64,000 nt of DNA from an uncultured Pseudomonadales bacterium. Lineage in GTDB: Bacteria; Patescibacteriota; Microgenomatia; UBA1400; PJMF01. Under the pieces are notes generated by a model. It was not told the origin of the DNA. It made no database searches and worked only from the letters and a program-made list of their open reading frames with translations. Where the stretch lies: the NCBI GenBank assembly GCA_964437755.1, contig CAYTIA010000002.1:34107-98106 (forward strand). Direction: 5' to 3'. Below, piece by piece: positions 28,033 to 37,890 of this stretch. Position 1 is the first letter of the stretch; each line of letters starts with the position of its first letter. A program made the translations under genes and the position numbers.

Positions 28033-29412
28033 TTATGTTGAGAGGATTGTAACTAGTTTTTCATCTAAAAAATGTTTATTGTTCCAATCTTTCATGAGTT
28101 GGCCAGCAGAGTTACCTTCAGGGAGATTTTTTGCAATCTCTTGTAGAACGATGGGTAATTGTTGATTGCTATCAAGGTACTTATGAATTGATAATTTCAG
28201 AGCAGACTGAACCTCAAGATCAGTACCAACACAATCTAAGGGCTTGTTAATTGACGGATCAGCCAAGGCTCGGAAGGTGGGTATAAGAGAATTATCATTA
28301 AATAGATTGTGGCTAAATATTTTGGTGGTTAATAACTCCTTTTCAACAAACGGAAATAACATCAAAAAAACAAAGGCGCACTTTGCACAATGACCACACC
28401 AAGCATCTTGTTTTTGGCCAACGTTGCAACTTCTAAAATCAAGTAAAGAACTATGATATTGAGCAAACTTTGCAGCTATTTGCAACTCATTAAGAGGCCT
28501 TAAAAAGGACAGGTATTCGGCTTGTTTGGCTCTGCTTCCTAAGTATTGATTTGCATACTCTCTAAAACTGGTTTCAAACTCGAAACTTTTTGACCATTGG
28601 TGGTTAATCTCAATGTCTTTATATCTTAAGTTTGGTTGATTGGCAGAGCTTTCATTGGCTAATAGAATTTGCTGATGACCTTCTAGATGAGCCACAAGAG
28701 TAGATAAAAAAGCAAGATAAGCACTAAAAGGAGTGTGCCCATTAAGATAGCCGTGAATATTAAGTTTGAGTAGAGTGGGGCAGATAGTTCTGTGAACCAC
28801 TATCTGTTTTTTAGAGGTACTACTTGAGGCAAGTTTTGATGCTGCTGGTGAGGCTGGTTCAAGTACTAGGGTATGATAAGTTTCACTGGCTTGAGCTATT
28901 AAGTTAAGAGTTAATCCAGAGTCTTTTCCTCCTCCAACTGGAATTAAGTAAGGGGTGTGGTAATGGTCTGGCGCTAGAGGTGTTGGCTGAGCGGTGGGTG
29001 ACTTGGCAGTTGACGATATATTTAAAAAATTGGGTTGGTTAAAATCAATCTGGTTAGTGTAAAAAAACTCACCCAGCCCATGAATAAAAAGGTTGTGCCA
29101 CCAGCTAACTTGGTATTCATCAAGGTAGCCAGATTCAATAATTATTTCTTGAGGACAAGCGGCCTTCCAATAACTGGGCAATTCTGCAAGTCCGAGTTGG
29201 AAAATAAGTGAGTCTAGAAAGCTTTTTGGTATGTTGCTAAGCTGGCTGGGATCAATTCCGGAAACTATAAAAGATGGGGAAAAGATTATGTTGGGTTCAA
29301 GCAGAAAGGTATAGTTAACTTTAAGCTGAATGTTTTTATTAGGATTCAATTCATAATCAAAACTTTGATACCTAAGTGCGGAATGTTTTTGTCGCAGACT
29401 GTCAATTGTCAT
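28033..29412 (-). CDS. PP-loop ATP pyrophosphatase superfamily protein, QueC-like core (SGGKDS-type loop plus C-x10-C-x2-C-x2-C zinc site) with unique about 150-aa N-terminal domain
   Basis: 459 aa. PP-loop VGGGKDSGL at about residue 160. Cys cluster CNVGQKQDAWCGHCAKC near residue 330-345, resembling the QueC zinc site. The N-terminal 150 aa is not recognised. Confidence 0.5.
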   Translation of the reverse strand: MTIDSLRQKHSALRYQSFDYELNPNKNIQLKVNYTFLLEPNIIFSPSFIVSGIDPSQLSNIPKSFLDSLIFQLGLAELPSYWKAACPQEIIIESGYLDEYQVSWWHNLFIHGLGEFFYTNQIDFNQPNFLNISSTAKSPTAQPTPLAPDHYHTPYLIPVGGGKDSGLTLNLIAQASETYHTLVLEPASPAASKLASSSTSKKQIVVHRTICPTLLKLNIHGYLNGHTPFSAYLAFLSTLVAHLEGHQQILLANESSANQPNLRYKDIEINHQWSKSFEFETSFREYANQYLGSRAKQAEYLSFLRPLNELQIAAKFAQYHSSLLDFRSCNVGQKQDAWCGHCAKCAFVFLMLFPFVEKELLTTKIFSHNLFNDNSLIPTFRALADPSINKPLDCVGTDLEVQSALKLSIHKYLDSNQQLPIVLQEIAKNLPEGNSAGQLMKDWNNKHFLDEKLVTILST

Positions 29413-29763
29413 ATAACTCTATTATAATCTCTTTGAATAGTTCTGAAAGTAATATTGGTATAACTAAGAGATCTATCATTTATGAATAAAATAGATATTT
29501 AGTCAAGAAAAAATGTATACAAAAATGGTGAAAAATAATTTAGTGGTGAAAGGAAGAAAAGCAATTTTGTTCAAATTGGTAGCTGTAATGTTTGTCTAAT
29601 ATTCGGCAACAATGATAATATAGGTTGTGAAATAGAAAAAGAACGAAGGTTTAATATTAATTTTTTATTATAAATAAATTGCATTTTTAAGTTGTTTCTA
29701 TTCTAAACAAAAAATTACATAACTAATAAGTATAGATTGTATTAAAATTATCTTTTTTTAGGT

Positions 29764-30558
29764 ATGAGTAAAGTAGAAATAGAGCATGGAATAGTGAGTA
29801 TTTTTGGTTTGAGTCTCTTTAGCAGTAGTAAGAGAGAGCTGCTAGGTATTTTGCAAACTCACTTGACTAAGCAAAATGAGCCACTTTTTATCTTTACTCC
29901 CAATGCTGAGCAAATAGTCTTATCTTTAGAAAACCCAAACTTTAGACGGAACTTACAACAAGCAGATATACTTATTCCTGACGGATTTAGCTTGGTAATA
30001 GCTTCCTTTTTACTTTCTCTTTTGGGAAAATCTAGTAAAATTAGTCAAAAAATTGCTGGAGTTGATTTGGCACAAAATCTGATAAAAATAACTGAACAAA
30101 ATAATCAGGATATTTTGATTTTGGGAGGGAAAGACTATCAGTTATTACTAGATTCTAGTAGCCAAGTAAATAAATCTTTCAATCTCTGGAAACTAGACAA
30201 AAATCTTTATTGGACTCCAGCATACGGCGATTTTTCAAATTCGTCTAAGGAAGAACGAGCAACCCTTGTCAACAATATTAAAAATCTTAAACCAGCAGTA
30301 GTAATGGTGGCTTTGGGAGCGCCAAATCAAGAAAAGTGGAGCCTGGACAATCAACAACTACTTTCTGAATCTGGGGTAAAATTAGTGATGGTGGTGGGAG
30401 GAGCCTTCGATATCATCTTTGGAAGATTGAGAAGAGCCCCAAAAATTATGAGGGTATTTGGACTGGAATGGTTATTCAGACTGATTCAAGAACCATGGAG
30501 GTGGAAAAGACAACTGGGACTACTAAAGTTTTGGTATTATCTAGTTCTCAAGAGATAG
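29764..30558 (+). CDS. WecG/TagA/CpsF family (GT26) glycosyltransferase
   Basis: 264 aa. FTPNAEQIV...ADILIPDGFSLVIAS and C-terminal VMVALGAPNQEKW...VGGAFD match GT26 conserved blocks. Confidence 0.7.
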   Translation: MSKVEIEHGIVSIFGLSLFSSSKRELLGILQTHLTKQNEPLFIFTPNAEQIVLSLENPNFRRNLQQADILIPDGFSLVIASFLLSLLGKSSKISQKIAGVDLAQNLIKITEQNNQDILILGGKDYQLLLDSSSQVNKSFNLWKLDKNLYWTPAYGDFSNSSKEERATLVNNIKNLKPAVVMVALGAPNQEKWSLDNQQLLSESGVKLVMVVGGAFDIIFGRLRRAPKIMRVFGLEWLFRLIQEPWRWKRQLGLLKFWYYLVLKR

Positions 30559-30585
30559 TGTTGCTTGCTCTTACAAGAGAGTTGA

Positions 30586-30873
30586 CTACTCAATTTCGCT
30601 AGGATCGATTCCCAAGAGCCACAAAACAGATTCTTTTTTATATCTTCTGTCTCCTCGAGAGTTAATGCGAATAGCTGGAAGTTTTCCTCTTTTTCCCCAT
30701 CGTTTTATTGTAAGAGGGGATACTCTTAGTAAATCAGCAACTTCTCTGACTGTTAATAAGTCCGGTAGGTTGCTTAAATCGAGCTTGGCCGCATCCTTAG
30801 CACGACCTGTTTGACGGTCATCAGCATTAGAGCTTGTTTCTTGGCTAGTTGTAGTTGTCAAAGTGTCGGGCAT
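30586..30873 (-). CDS. Small excisionase/MerR-type helix-turn-helix DNA-binding protein
   Basis: 95 aa. LLTVREVADLLRVSPLTIKRWGKRGKLPAIRI matches the excisionase-family HTH (helix_turn_helix_17). Confidence 0.6.
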   Translation of the reverse strand: MPDTLTTTTSQETSSNADDRQTGRAKDAAKLDLSNLPDLLTVREVADLLRVSPLTIKRWGKRGKLPAIRINSRGDRRYKKESVLWLLGIDPSEIE

Positions 30874-31301
30874 GAGATGGATCCTTTCAAATAGTAATAA
30901 TTAGGAAATATGATTTATACAAATTAAAGATTGCTAACAATATCAAAGGTTTTCAATCTCTATACATAAAGTAGCAGAATAACCTAAACTAGGTCAATAG
31001 GTAATTTCACATATATGTAAAAAAAGTGAAATATAGTCAGATAAATGGGAATAAACTCAGCGCAGGGCAGAGCCAAAATTAGTGTTATTGAGAAGGCCTT
31101 ATTTATAAGTTTGGGTAATGTTTGTTCTTCCATAATTAGCTAACCATTTGGAGATAAGTTATCCACATAAATATCTTATAGTGTGTTAAGCAGGATCCCA
31201 TAATATTACAGCTGAATAAGGTGTGGAAAAAATAGCTACTTTAAAAAATAACAATAATTAAAGTGCAATAGCATGTGCTTCCACTTGAAACAACATTCTG
31301 A

Positions 31302-32846
31302 GTGGATGATAATTTCTCTATGATGAATACAGAGTCTATCAATAGGCATGATCATGAGGCATTATTTAATCACAGAGAGATGTTGCGCAAAATACAAGCT
31401 GAACTTGTTTTGTTGACTGGTGAACCAGAGATAAGAAAAATTCCTCTTTCATTACAAGCTTTAACCAACGTTTTTCTTGAAGTTTTTAAAATAGATGGTG
31501 TGGTTGGGTTAGTAAGAAAATTAGCCCCTTATCTCGAGGCAACTGAAGCTAATCAGAGTTTAGTTGATAGGCTTAGAACTATGCAAGAAAATGGAGGTTC
31601 TCCTTGGGGGATATATTCAGTGCTTAATCTTTTGGGAATTCCCAGGGAAGATGAAAATAAACTTGCTGCCATAAGATACTCGTTGTTTATGGTTATTGAA
31701 GAAAATGTTTCGGCAGAGTTAATTGGCCAAGGTTTTTTTAAGAGCATGATGAATGGTTTTCCTTGGGAAAATGAAGATTTTATTTATTTTGATCCCAGAA
31801 TGGATCCAGTAAAAAAATACCTGCTTTCAAATCGAATTAAATCTTTACCAACCGTAACTAGCCAAGAAGACTCTTTCTTAGTGAACAGTTGCGAAATTCC
31901 TGCTGTGATCAATTTGGGGGAAATAAGCTATGGTGAAAATCATAGTCCTATTTTTTCTCAAGAGCAAAAAGATTTTCTGTATAATCAAATCTCTTTTAGA
32001 CCATTCATAATAGTGAGGGTAACAACTGGGGGGAATCCTGAAAAAACAATGGTATTAATGATAGCTAATCATCAATATTTAGATGGGGTTCCCGCTGGAC
32101 ACATGTTTGCTCAAACCCTACAGTTTATTAGTGATCAACTGGGGCAAAAAATCAAGCCCGCAACATTATTAGAAAGTGACCTTATTCTTGGAGATCAAGT
32201 TGAGAGGGCGACTTTAAAAAACCCTGATCAATATTTGGTTAACTCTCTGCAATTACCTGACGAGCTTGTTGCTGAGATTAACCATCTTTATTCTGAGATA
32301 TCTCAAACAGAGTGTGTGGTTTCTTATAATGACTTCTTTCAGTTATTGATGTTGGCAACTTATGGAGTAAATGGGACAACTGTTAAGGGAGGAGTTTTAG
32401 GATTTCGTCTTGACCCTTTTAAACAACTTGATCATTATGATGTTGGAGATGCATCAAAATTGTTAGAGGCCTTACTGGCTAATGATATGAAGGCAATAGC
32501 TCCCTATCTTGTAGATTACAAAGGTCAAAGAAGACTATCTTTGTATAGAGCTGAAGCTAGTAATATGGCGATCTTGGGTAAGTTGAGTAAGTTACCAGCT
32601 GCGCTAGCGGTTAGATTAAATGAGGTTGCACGATTGTTGGGAATAGATAAAGGTATTAGTGGTCAAATAATGACATCAATTATCCCTGACAAAATTGGGG
32701 CAATACATCTATCTGGTTTTGGTGGTCCGGCCGTTACTCCTTTTCAGGACTGTGGATTTACTGCTAGCATTAAACTCAGCGCTGATAGAAGATCTGCTAA
32801 GAGTATTGTGATTAGAGAAAAAATGAGAAAAAAGAAAAAGAAATAA
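31302..32846 (+). CDS. Hypothetical protein with C-terminal poly-Lys tail
   Basis: 514-aa ORF. No motif recognised. Ends REKMRKKKKK. Confidence 0.45.
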   Translation: MDDNFSMMNTESINRHDHEALFNHREMLRKIQAELVLLTGEPEIRKIPLSLQALTNVFLEVFKIDGVVGLVRKLAPYLEATEANQSLVDRLRTMQENGGSPWGIYSVLNLLGIPREDENKLAAIRYSLFMVIEENVSAELIGQGFFKSMMNGFPWENEDFIYFDPRMDPVKKYLLSNRIKSLPTVTSQEDSFLVNSCEIPAVINLGEISYGENHSPIFSQEQKDFLYNQISFRPFIIVRVTTGGNPEKTMVLMIANHQYLDGVPAGHMFAQTLQFISDQLGQKIKPATLLESDLILGDQVERATLKNPDQYLVNSLQLPDELVAEINHLYSEISQTECVVSYNDFFQLLMLATYGVNGTTVKGGVLGFRLDPFKQLDHYDVGDASKLLEALLANDMKAIAPYLVDYKGQRRLSLYRAEASNMAILGKLSKLPAALAVRLNEVARLLGIDKGISGQIMTSIIPDKIGAIHLSGFGGPAVTPFQDCGFTASIKLSADRRSAKSIVIREKMRKKKKK

Positions 32847-32855
32847 TTTACTCTT

Positions 32856-33416
32856 ATGAATCCAGGAACAATAGCTGCAACAAAAAACATCAACGGTCAA
32901 GAAATTGTCTTTCGATATCCCACGCTAAGTGATGCTGTGGCATTGATGGAGTATATCAACACTCTCTCAACTGAAAGAACTTTTATTCGTTTTCAAGGTG
33001 AACAAATATCTTTAGAAGAAGAGGAACAGTATTTAAAGAGTCTGCTTAAAGCAATGAAGGAGAAAAATGGTGGTGCGATTTTGGCTTGGCACGAAAATAC
33101 TCTAGTAGGGATGATTGGTTTAAGACCTCAAGAAAAAATAGAAAAACATGTTTTAGATTTTGGACTATCAGTAAAAAAAGAATATCGAGATCAAGGAATA
33201 GGAAAAGCTTTGATTCAAGTGATGTTGGATCAAGTCCGTCTTCACTTAACACATATCAGCATTGTCACTTTATCAGTTCAGGCTGATAATCTAAGAGCAG
33301 TTCATCTTTATCAAAAACTGGGTTTTATTGAGTATGGAAGGCTTCCAAAGGGAATATGTCGAAATAACGAATTTGAAGATAAAATATTAATGTATTTGCG
33401 ACTTTTTCATGAATAA
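32856..33416 (+). CDS. GNAT family N-acetyltransferase
   Basis: 186 aa. Acetyl-CoA motif RDQGIGKALIQ. Shared C-terminal block LHLYQKLGFIEYGRLPKG with the next gene. Confidence 0.7.
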   Translation: MNPGTIAATKNINGQEIVFRYPTLSDAVALMEYINTLSTERTFIRFQGEQISLEEEEQYLKSLLKAMKEKNGGAILAWHENTLVGMIGLRPQEKIEKHVLDFGLSVKKEYRDQGIGKALIQVMLDQVRLHLTHISIVTLSVQADNLRAVHLYQKLGFIEYGRLPKGICRNNEFEDKILMYLRLFHE

Positions 33417-33990
33417 TAACATCAAAAACTCACTGCCGCAGTTTATTTATCAAAAGCAGATCAATGGAAAAGATTTTTTATTTCGTTTTCCTGAACAAGG
33501 CGATACACTTCAAATGGTTGAGTACTCCAATGAGTTTAATGCTGAGAGCGAGTTTACCTTATTTCCAGAAGAAAGAATTAATTCTACAGATGCTCAGGTG
33601 TATTTAGCTAGAATCATTGGCAAGATTGAGCGACATGAATCAATATATCTTTTTGTTTTTTGCAAAAATGTTGACAAATTGAGGCTTGCGGGGAGAATTA
33701 ACATCAATCTTGAGCCAGGATTACAACAACATCTGGGTGAACTGGGGATTAGCATTCGAGAAGAGTATCGAAATATCGGTTTGGGGACGACATTAATCGA
33801 GCTGGCGATTGAAGTTGCTAAACGGTGGCTTTCTGGATTAGAAATAATTCAATTAACTACTTTTTCTACAAACCAGAGGGCGCTTCATCTCTATCAAAAA
33901 TTAGGTTTTAAAGAGTTTGGCCGGCTACCCAAAGGAGTAAAAAGAAGTGATCAGTATCAGGATTTTGTGTATATGTGGAGGGAGATTTAA
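33409..33990 (+). CDS. GNAT family N-acetyltransferase, tandem paralog
   Basis: 193 aa. RNIGLGTTLIE and LHLYQKLGFKEFGRLPKG. 8-nt overlap with upstream GNAT. Confidence 0.7.
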   Translation: MNNNIKNSLPQFIYQKQINGKDFLFRFPEQGDTLQMVEYSNEFNAESEFTLFPEERINSTDAQVYLARIIGKIERHESIYLFVFCKNVDKLRLAGRININLEPGLQQHLGELGISIREEYRNIGLGTTLIELAIEVAKRWLSGLEIIQLTTFSTNQRALHLYQKLGFKEFGRLPKGVKRSDQYQDFVYMWREI

Positions 33991-33994
33991 AGAG

Positions 33995-35641
33995 ATGTCT
34001 GTAGAGGAACCCAAATCAAGTCAAGGTCCAAGATTTAGTCGAAGAGAAGCTTTAAAAATTCTATTCCCAGTTGCTGTATCGGCAGTTGCTCATCAGATAA
34101 ACCCCAATAAAACAAAAGAGAGACAGCAGGAAATGACGAATGAGGAATTTATTGATTTTCATACTGAACAATTAAAAAGGATTTACAACATAGAAATATG
34201 TTTTTCTGCAAATGTAAGCATTTCACTAAGGAAGGCTAATCTAGAGGCAGCTCTATTTGCTGTAAGTAGATATCCCCCAATCTTTATTAATACAATAATG
34301 GCGCATTATGAAGCTGATAAATCCAGTTCAAATGAGGCATTTTTCTTTAGACCCGAGAAAGAACATGGAAGAACTAATGCTCTAAGAATTCAAATTAATA
34401 GCGATGAAGAATTTCCGTATGAAAAAGCAGCTGCGGTTGCATATCCATTAAGTGAAGCGCGCAATCTTTTCAGATCTATTTTACCTCAGATTTTTTTTCC
34501 AACAGCTTTTTATCATGAGCTTGCCCATAATATTCATGACTCAATTTGTTGGCTAAATTTCGTCTCACAAAAGCCTGAAGAAATGCCAGTAGAAACTTTT
34601 GGAACCAAACTTGCGGAGAAATTTGGAGTTGGTGGTAAACCAGCACCATTTATTTTGTTTCGCCCAGAGGGTTTTGCTTCAATGTATGCAGCAACCAATA
34701 ATCAAGAGAATTTTGCAGAAACGATGTCATATCTTATTGGTTATCCTCATCTTGCTATTCAAGAAGTAATCAATAATCCCAGATCTGAGTTAGCTATAAA
34801 GTTAATAGCAGTTGCCGATATTTTATATGTTTTTTCTGGGGGATTAATGGATGCACAGTACTGGAGAGATTCAATGACTAACAACGTTAATTTTGAGTAT
34901 TGGCTGGAAAAGAAAAAAACGACAGGAAAAGAGTATCTTGGAAGTGATAATAGGTTTTATTACTATACAAAATTTCCAAGTCAAGGGAATGAGGGTGAGA
35001 TGGAATCAGTATTGGTATATACAGAAGATCATCAAAAGGATGAGGCGGATATTCAGATAAGCGATTATGAAGCATATAAATCTGGAGATAGAGTAAGAAT
35101 TGCTAACAGAGAGATAAATTTGAGTATCAGTGAGGCTGGTGCGAATATTCAGGGAAAATCTCATACATATATGAGACATCTAGTTGAGGATGAAACTATC
35201 TATTTGGGAATGATTCCCTATGATTATCCAGATCGGATGAAAATGGTGTTTTCTACTATTGATATCACAGAAGAAGTTGAGATATTCGTTAGTCGAGATG
35301 GTACTCTGATGATAAGAAGAATTAAAAGCTATCCAACAAAGAATTTCCCATTGTTCAAAGATTTTCCAAAGGGACTGAGTGGCACAACCAGTCAGATTGT
35401 TGGTGGCTCAATCTTAGCAAATGCTGCCTTGCTGATCGATGAAAAAATTGATCGCCAGTTAAGGAAAAAAAGCACGCGTCGCAATTTTTTAAAGAATGTT
35501 GTTATGTCAGCCTTTGTTGTCGGAACTACTCTGGCAAGCGTGGGTTTAAGTAAGTTTCTTAATAATGCTGCAAAAACAGTCACGCCAACTATTGAAACTT
35601 ATGATAAGCTTCATAAAAAATTTTGGTCATATTTAGAATAA
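33995..35641 (+). CDS. Putative membrane-anchored zinc metallopeptidase (HExxH)
   Basis: Likely start ATG 33995 after a GGAGGGAG SD. HELAH motif (FYHELAHNIHD). C-terminal TM (VVMSAFVVGTTLASVGL). Confidence 0.45.
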   Translation: MSVEEPKSSQGPRFSRREALKILFPVAVSAVAHQINPNKTKERQQEMTNEEFIDFHTEQLKRIYNIEICFSANVSISLRKANLEAALFAVSRYPPIFINTIMAHYEADKSSSNEAFFFRPEKEHGRTNALRIQINSDEEFPYEKAAAVAYPLSEARNLFRSILPQIFFPTAFYHELAHNIHDSICWLNFVSQKPEEMPVETFGTKLAEKFGVGGKPAPFILFRPEGFASMYAATNNQENFAETMSYLIGYPHLAIQEVINNPRSELAIKLIAVADILYVFSGGLMDAQYWRDSMTNNVNFEYWLEKKKTTGKEYLGSDNRFYYYTKFPSQGNEGEMESVLVYTEDHQKDEADIQISDYEAYKSGDRVRIANREINLSISEAGANIQGKSHTYMRHLVEDETIYLGMIPYDYPDRMKMVFSTIDITEEVEIFVSRDGTLMIRRIKSYPTKNFPLFKDFPKGLSGTTSQIVGGSILANAALLIDEKIDRQLRKKSTRRNFLKNVVMSAFVVGTTLASVGLSKFLNNAAKTVTPTIETYDKLHKKFWSYLE

Positions 35642-35710
35642 AACTGTCGTCATTCAAAAAGAATCAATTTATTATAATCTGATCATCTACAAAACTATAA
35701 ATGTTTATTT

Positions 35711-36556
35711 ATGAAAGAGCTATCTCCAAAAAAAACTGAAAAAGAGTTAGAACAAAAAACAAACTCTTTTTTCAAAAAATTTAATCTTCCTCAAAACAAA
35801 ATGAAACAAGGATTTTATAAACTTTTTTTAATGTTTTGGAAAGTTTTTTATTTTGTAACCATTGGGCTGATTTTGGCAAAGGCAGTGCTGGCAACTTATG
35901 ACTTAGTGAGTGTAGTTGGTATAAAAATTTGGCCGTCAGCTTATGATCCTGTGGCAAGATTCGTAGCTAACATGAACTGGGAGACTAATACCGTTCATTT
36001 GGATGCCACAATGTCAAAAGCCTTTGAGGATAAGATTGAAAAGTATATATGGAGAATTGATGACGGTACTTCTTTGGTTGGGCGAGAAAAACTTGATCAT
36101 ACCTTTAGTGATCCTGGTTTGTATTATATTCAACTTTCGATCATTGACCAAAACCAACAAAGTGATGTGGCTACTTGCCAAATAATGATTCCTCCGCTCG
36201 AAGTTGAAAAGGTTTCAACTGGCGAACGATTGGAAACAAGAGGTGGAGATTCTATGGTAGAGGAGGCTAGCTACATTTGGGCACCAGTTGGTACTTTTTA
36301 CAACTTTTCAAAGCTTCCTGATTACAAGCAATCATACTCAGATTTAAGATCTCGCTATGTTGATTCTGGCTGCGGTCTTTCTAGTAGTGGTTACAATATT
36401 AGCGATTTATCTAGTAATGTATCTTATCAGGCTAGACAGATGCAAAGAATAATTGCCTCATTTGCTTTATATGTAGCTGGAGCAATAGTTTCTACTGGCG
36501 TTTATTTCTTGGTTAAAAAAAGTCTGATTAATGAGTTAGAGAAGATTGATAGCTAG
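35711..36556 (+). CDS. Membrane protein with PKD-like extracellular domain
   Basis: 281 aa. N- and C-terminal TM helices. YIWRIDDGTSLVGREKLDHTFSDPGLYYIQLSIIDQNQQ resembles the PKD pattern. Confidence 0.45.
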   Translation: MKELSPKKTEKELEQKTNSFFKKFNLPQNKMKQGFYKLFLMFWKVFYFVTIGLILAKAVLATYDLVSVVGIKIWPSAYDPVARFVANMNWETNTVHLDATMSKAFEDKIEKYIWRIDDGTSLVGREKLDHTFSDPGLYYIQLSIIDQNQQSDVATCQIMIPPLEVEKVSTGERLETRGGDSMVEEASYIWAPVGTFYNFSKLPDYKQSYSDLRSRYVDSGCGLSSSGYNISDLSSNVSYQARQMQRIIASFALYVAGAIVSTGVYFLVKKSLINELEKIDS

Positions 36557-36591
36557 ACTTTTTGTAAATAGTTGGTAACATTGGAGCTACA

Positions 36592-36617
36592 AAAACCACC
36601 CCTTATGGGGTGGTTTT
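36592..36617. terminator. Bidirectional intrinsic terminator between convergent genes
   Basis: AAAAACCACCCC-TTAT-GGGGTGGTTTT: GC stem flanked by an A-tract and a T-tract. Confidence 0.7.
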
Positions 36618-36647
36618 AATTTCAGTTTTCTGAACTTGAAATAAATC

Positions 36648-37082
36648 TTATTTCATTTCAACTACACAACCTGCCTCTTCCAAAACTTTCTTGGCGTTCT
36701 CGGCATCTTCTTTGTTGGCTGCTTCTAAAACTTTTTGAGGAGCACTTTCAACAAATTGTTTGGCTTCACCCAAACCTAATTCTGGTTTTAATTGGCGAAC
36801 AGCCTTAATAGCACCAATCTTGTTTGAACCACCTTCTTTAAGGATAACGTCAAACTCTGTTTGCTCTTCAACTGGAGCTCCAGCGACTGCGCCAGGAGCT
36901 GCGGCCATCATAGCAGGTGCGGCTGCACTGACACCAAACTCGTCTTCTAGAGCCTTTACAAGCTCAGAAACTTCCATTAGTGAAAGTTCTTTAACTGCGT
37001 CTACAACTTTTTGTACTTTTGCAGAAAGCTTTGACTCGGCTTTTGCTTCAGTGTTGGCTTCTTTTGTTTTTTCGTCTGCCAC
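36648..37082 (-). CDS. rplL: 50S ribosomal protein L7/L12
   Basis: [21 protein letters not shown]...[21 protein letters not shown]...[13 protein letters not shown]. About 27-aa N-terminal extension. Confidence 0.95.
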   Translation of the reverse strand: MADEKTKEANTEAKAESKLSAKVQKVVDAVKELSLMEVSELVKALEDEFGVSAAAPAMMAAAPGAVAGAPVEEQTEFDVILKEGGSNKIGAIKAVRQLKPELGLGEAKQFVESAPQKVLEAANKEDAENAKKVLEEAGCVVEMK

Positions 37083-37129
37083 TGTGTACCTCCTTGGTAA
37101 TTTATTAGTTTTTAATTGATAATTACTTA

Positions 37130-37648
37130 TTAGTTTGTTTTATCAGCTATTGCTTTAAGTGCATAAACCAAATTTCTTGGACCAGCATTGAGTACGTTAA
37201 CCAATCCATAAGCTGGGCCTTGTAAACGCTGGATTAACATAACCATTAACTCGTCTTTTCCTGGTAGTTTGCTTAACTGCTCAACCTCTTGCTTGCTTAA
37301 TACCTTGATCTTGCCATCTTCTAAAATAACTCCTTGTTTAATTTCAAGTTTTTCAGATTCTTCATTAAACTCAAATAATTTTTTTAAGGCAGAAACGGCA
37401 TCTTCGTAAGAAATAACCAATGCGTTCATCCCAGTGAGCGACTCTTTAAGGGCATCTTCACCAACTGAAAGATTAATCAAGGTATTTTTAGTGACGAACA
37501 TTTCACCATTTCCTTGTTTAATCATGGCTCTAAGCTTAACTTGTTCTGAAGCGCTGGTTCCAGAGTAATCAACGATAGCAACAGATTTCGCCTGAGCTAG
37601 TTTTTCTTTAATAATCTCAATCTGCTGTTGATTGTATTGACTTGGCAT
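37130..37648 (-). CDS. rplJ: 50S ribosomal protein L10
   Basis: ORF track gives 37130..37723. The likely start is Met at 37648 ([17 protein letters not shown]). [17 protein letters not shown] matches L10. Confidence 0.9.
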   Translation of the reverse strand: MPSQYNQQQIEIIKEKLAQAKSVAIVDYSGTSASEQVKLRAMIKQGNGEMFVTKNTLINLSVGEDALKESLTGMNALVISYEDAVSALKKLFEFNEESEKLEIKQGVILEDGKIKVLSKQEVEQLSKLPGKDELMVMLIQRLQGPAYGLVNVLNAGPRNLVYALKAIADKTN

Positions 37649-37890
37649 AATGAATAAAACAATTAATACTATTTTTTGGTTTACAAAGGGTTGAGGAAGA
37701 GGTGAGAGGAAGTATTTTGTCAAAAATACTATCTAAAGAACCAATTCCCTCGGCGCGATTTTTAATTCTTGATTAAATTTTTATTTAATCAAAACCCACG
37801 CTGTCTTTGGAAACAGAAAGCAATTATACGTGATGTGAAAGAAAAATGCAAACGGCTGTTTTACATCTACTTTTTTGATATTATTATTGG

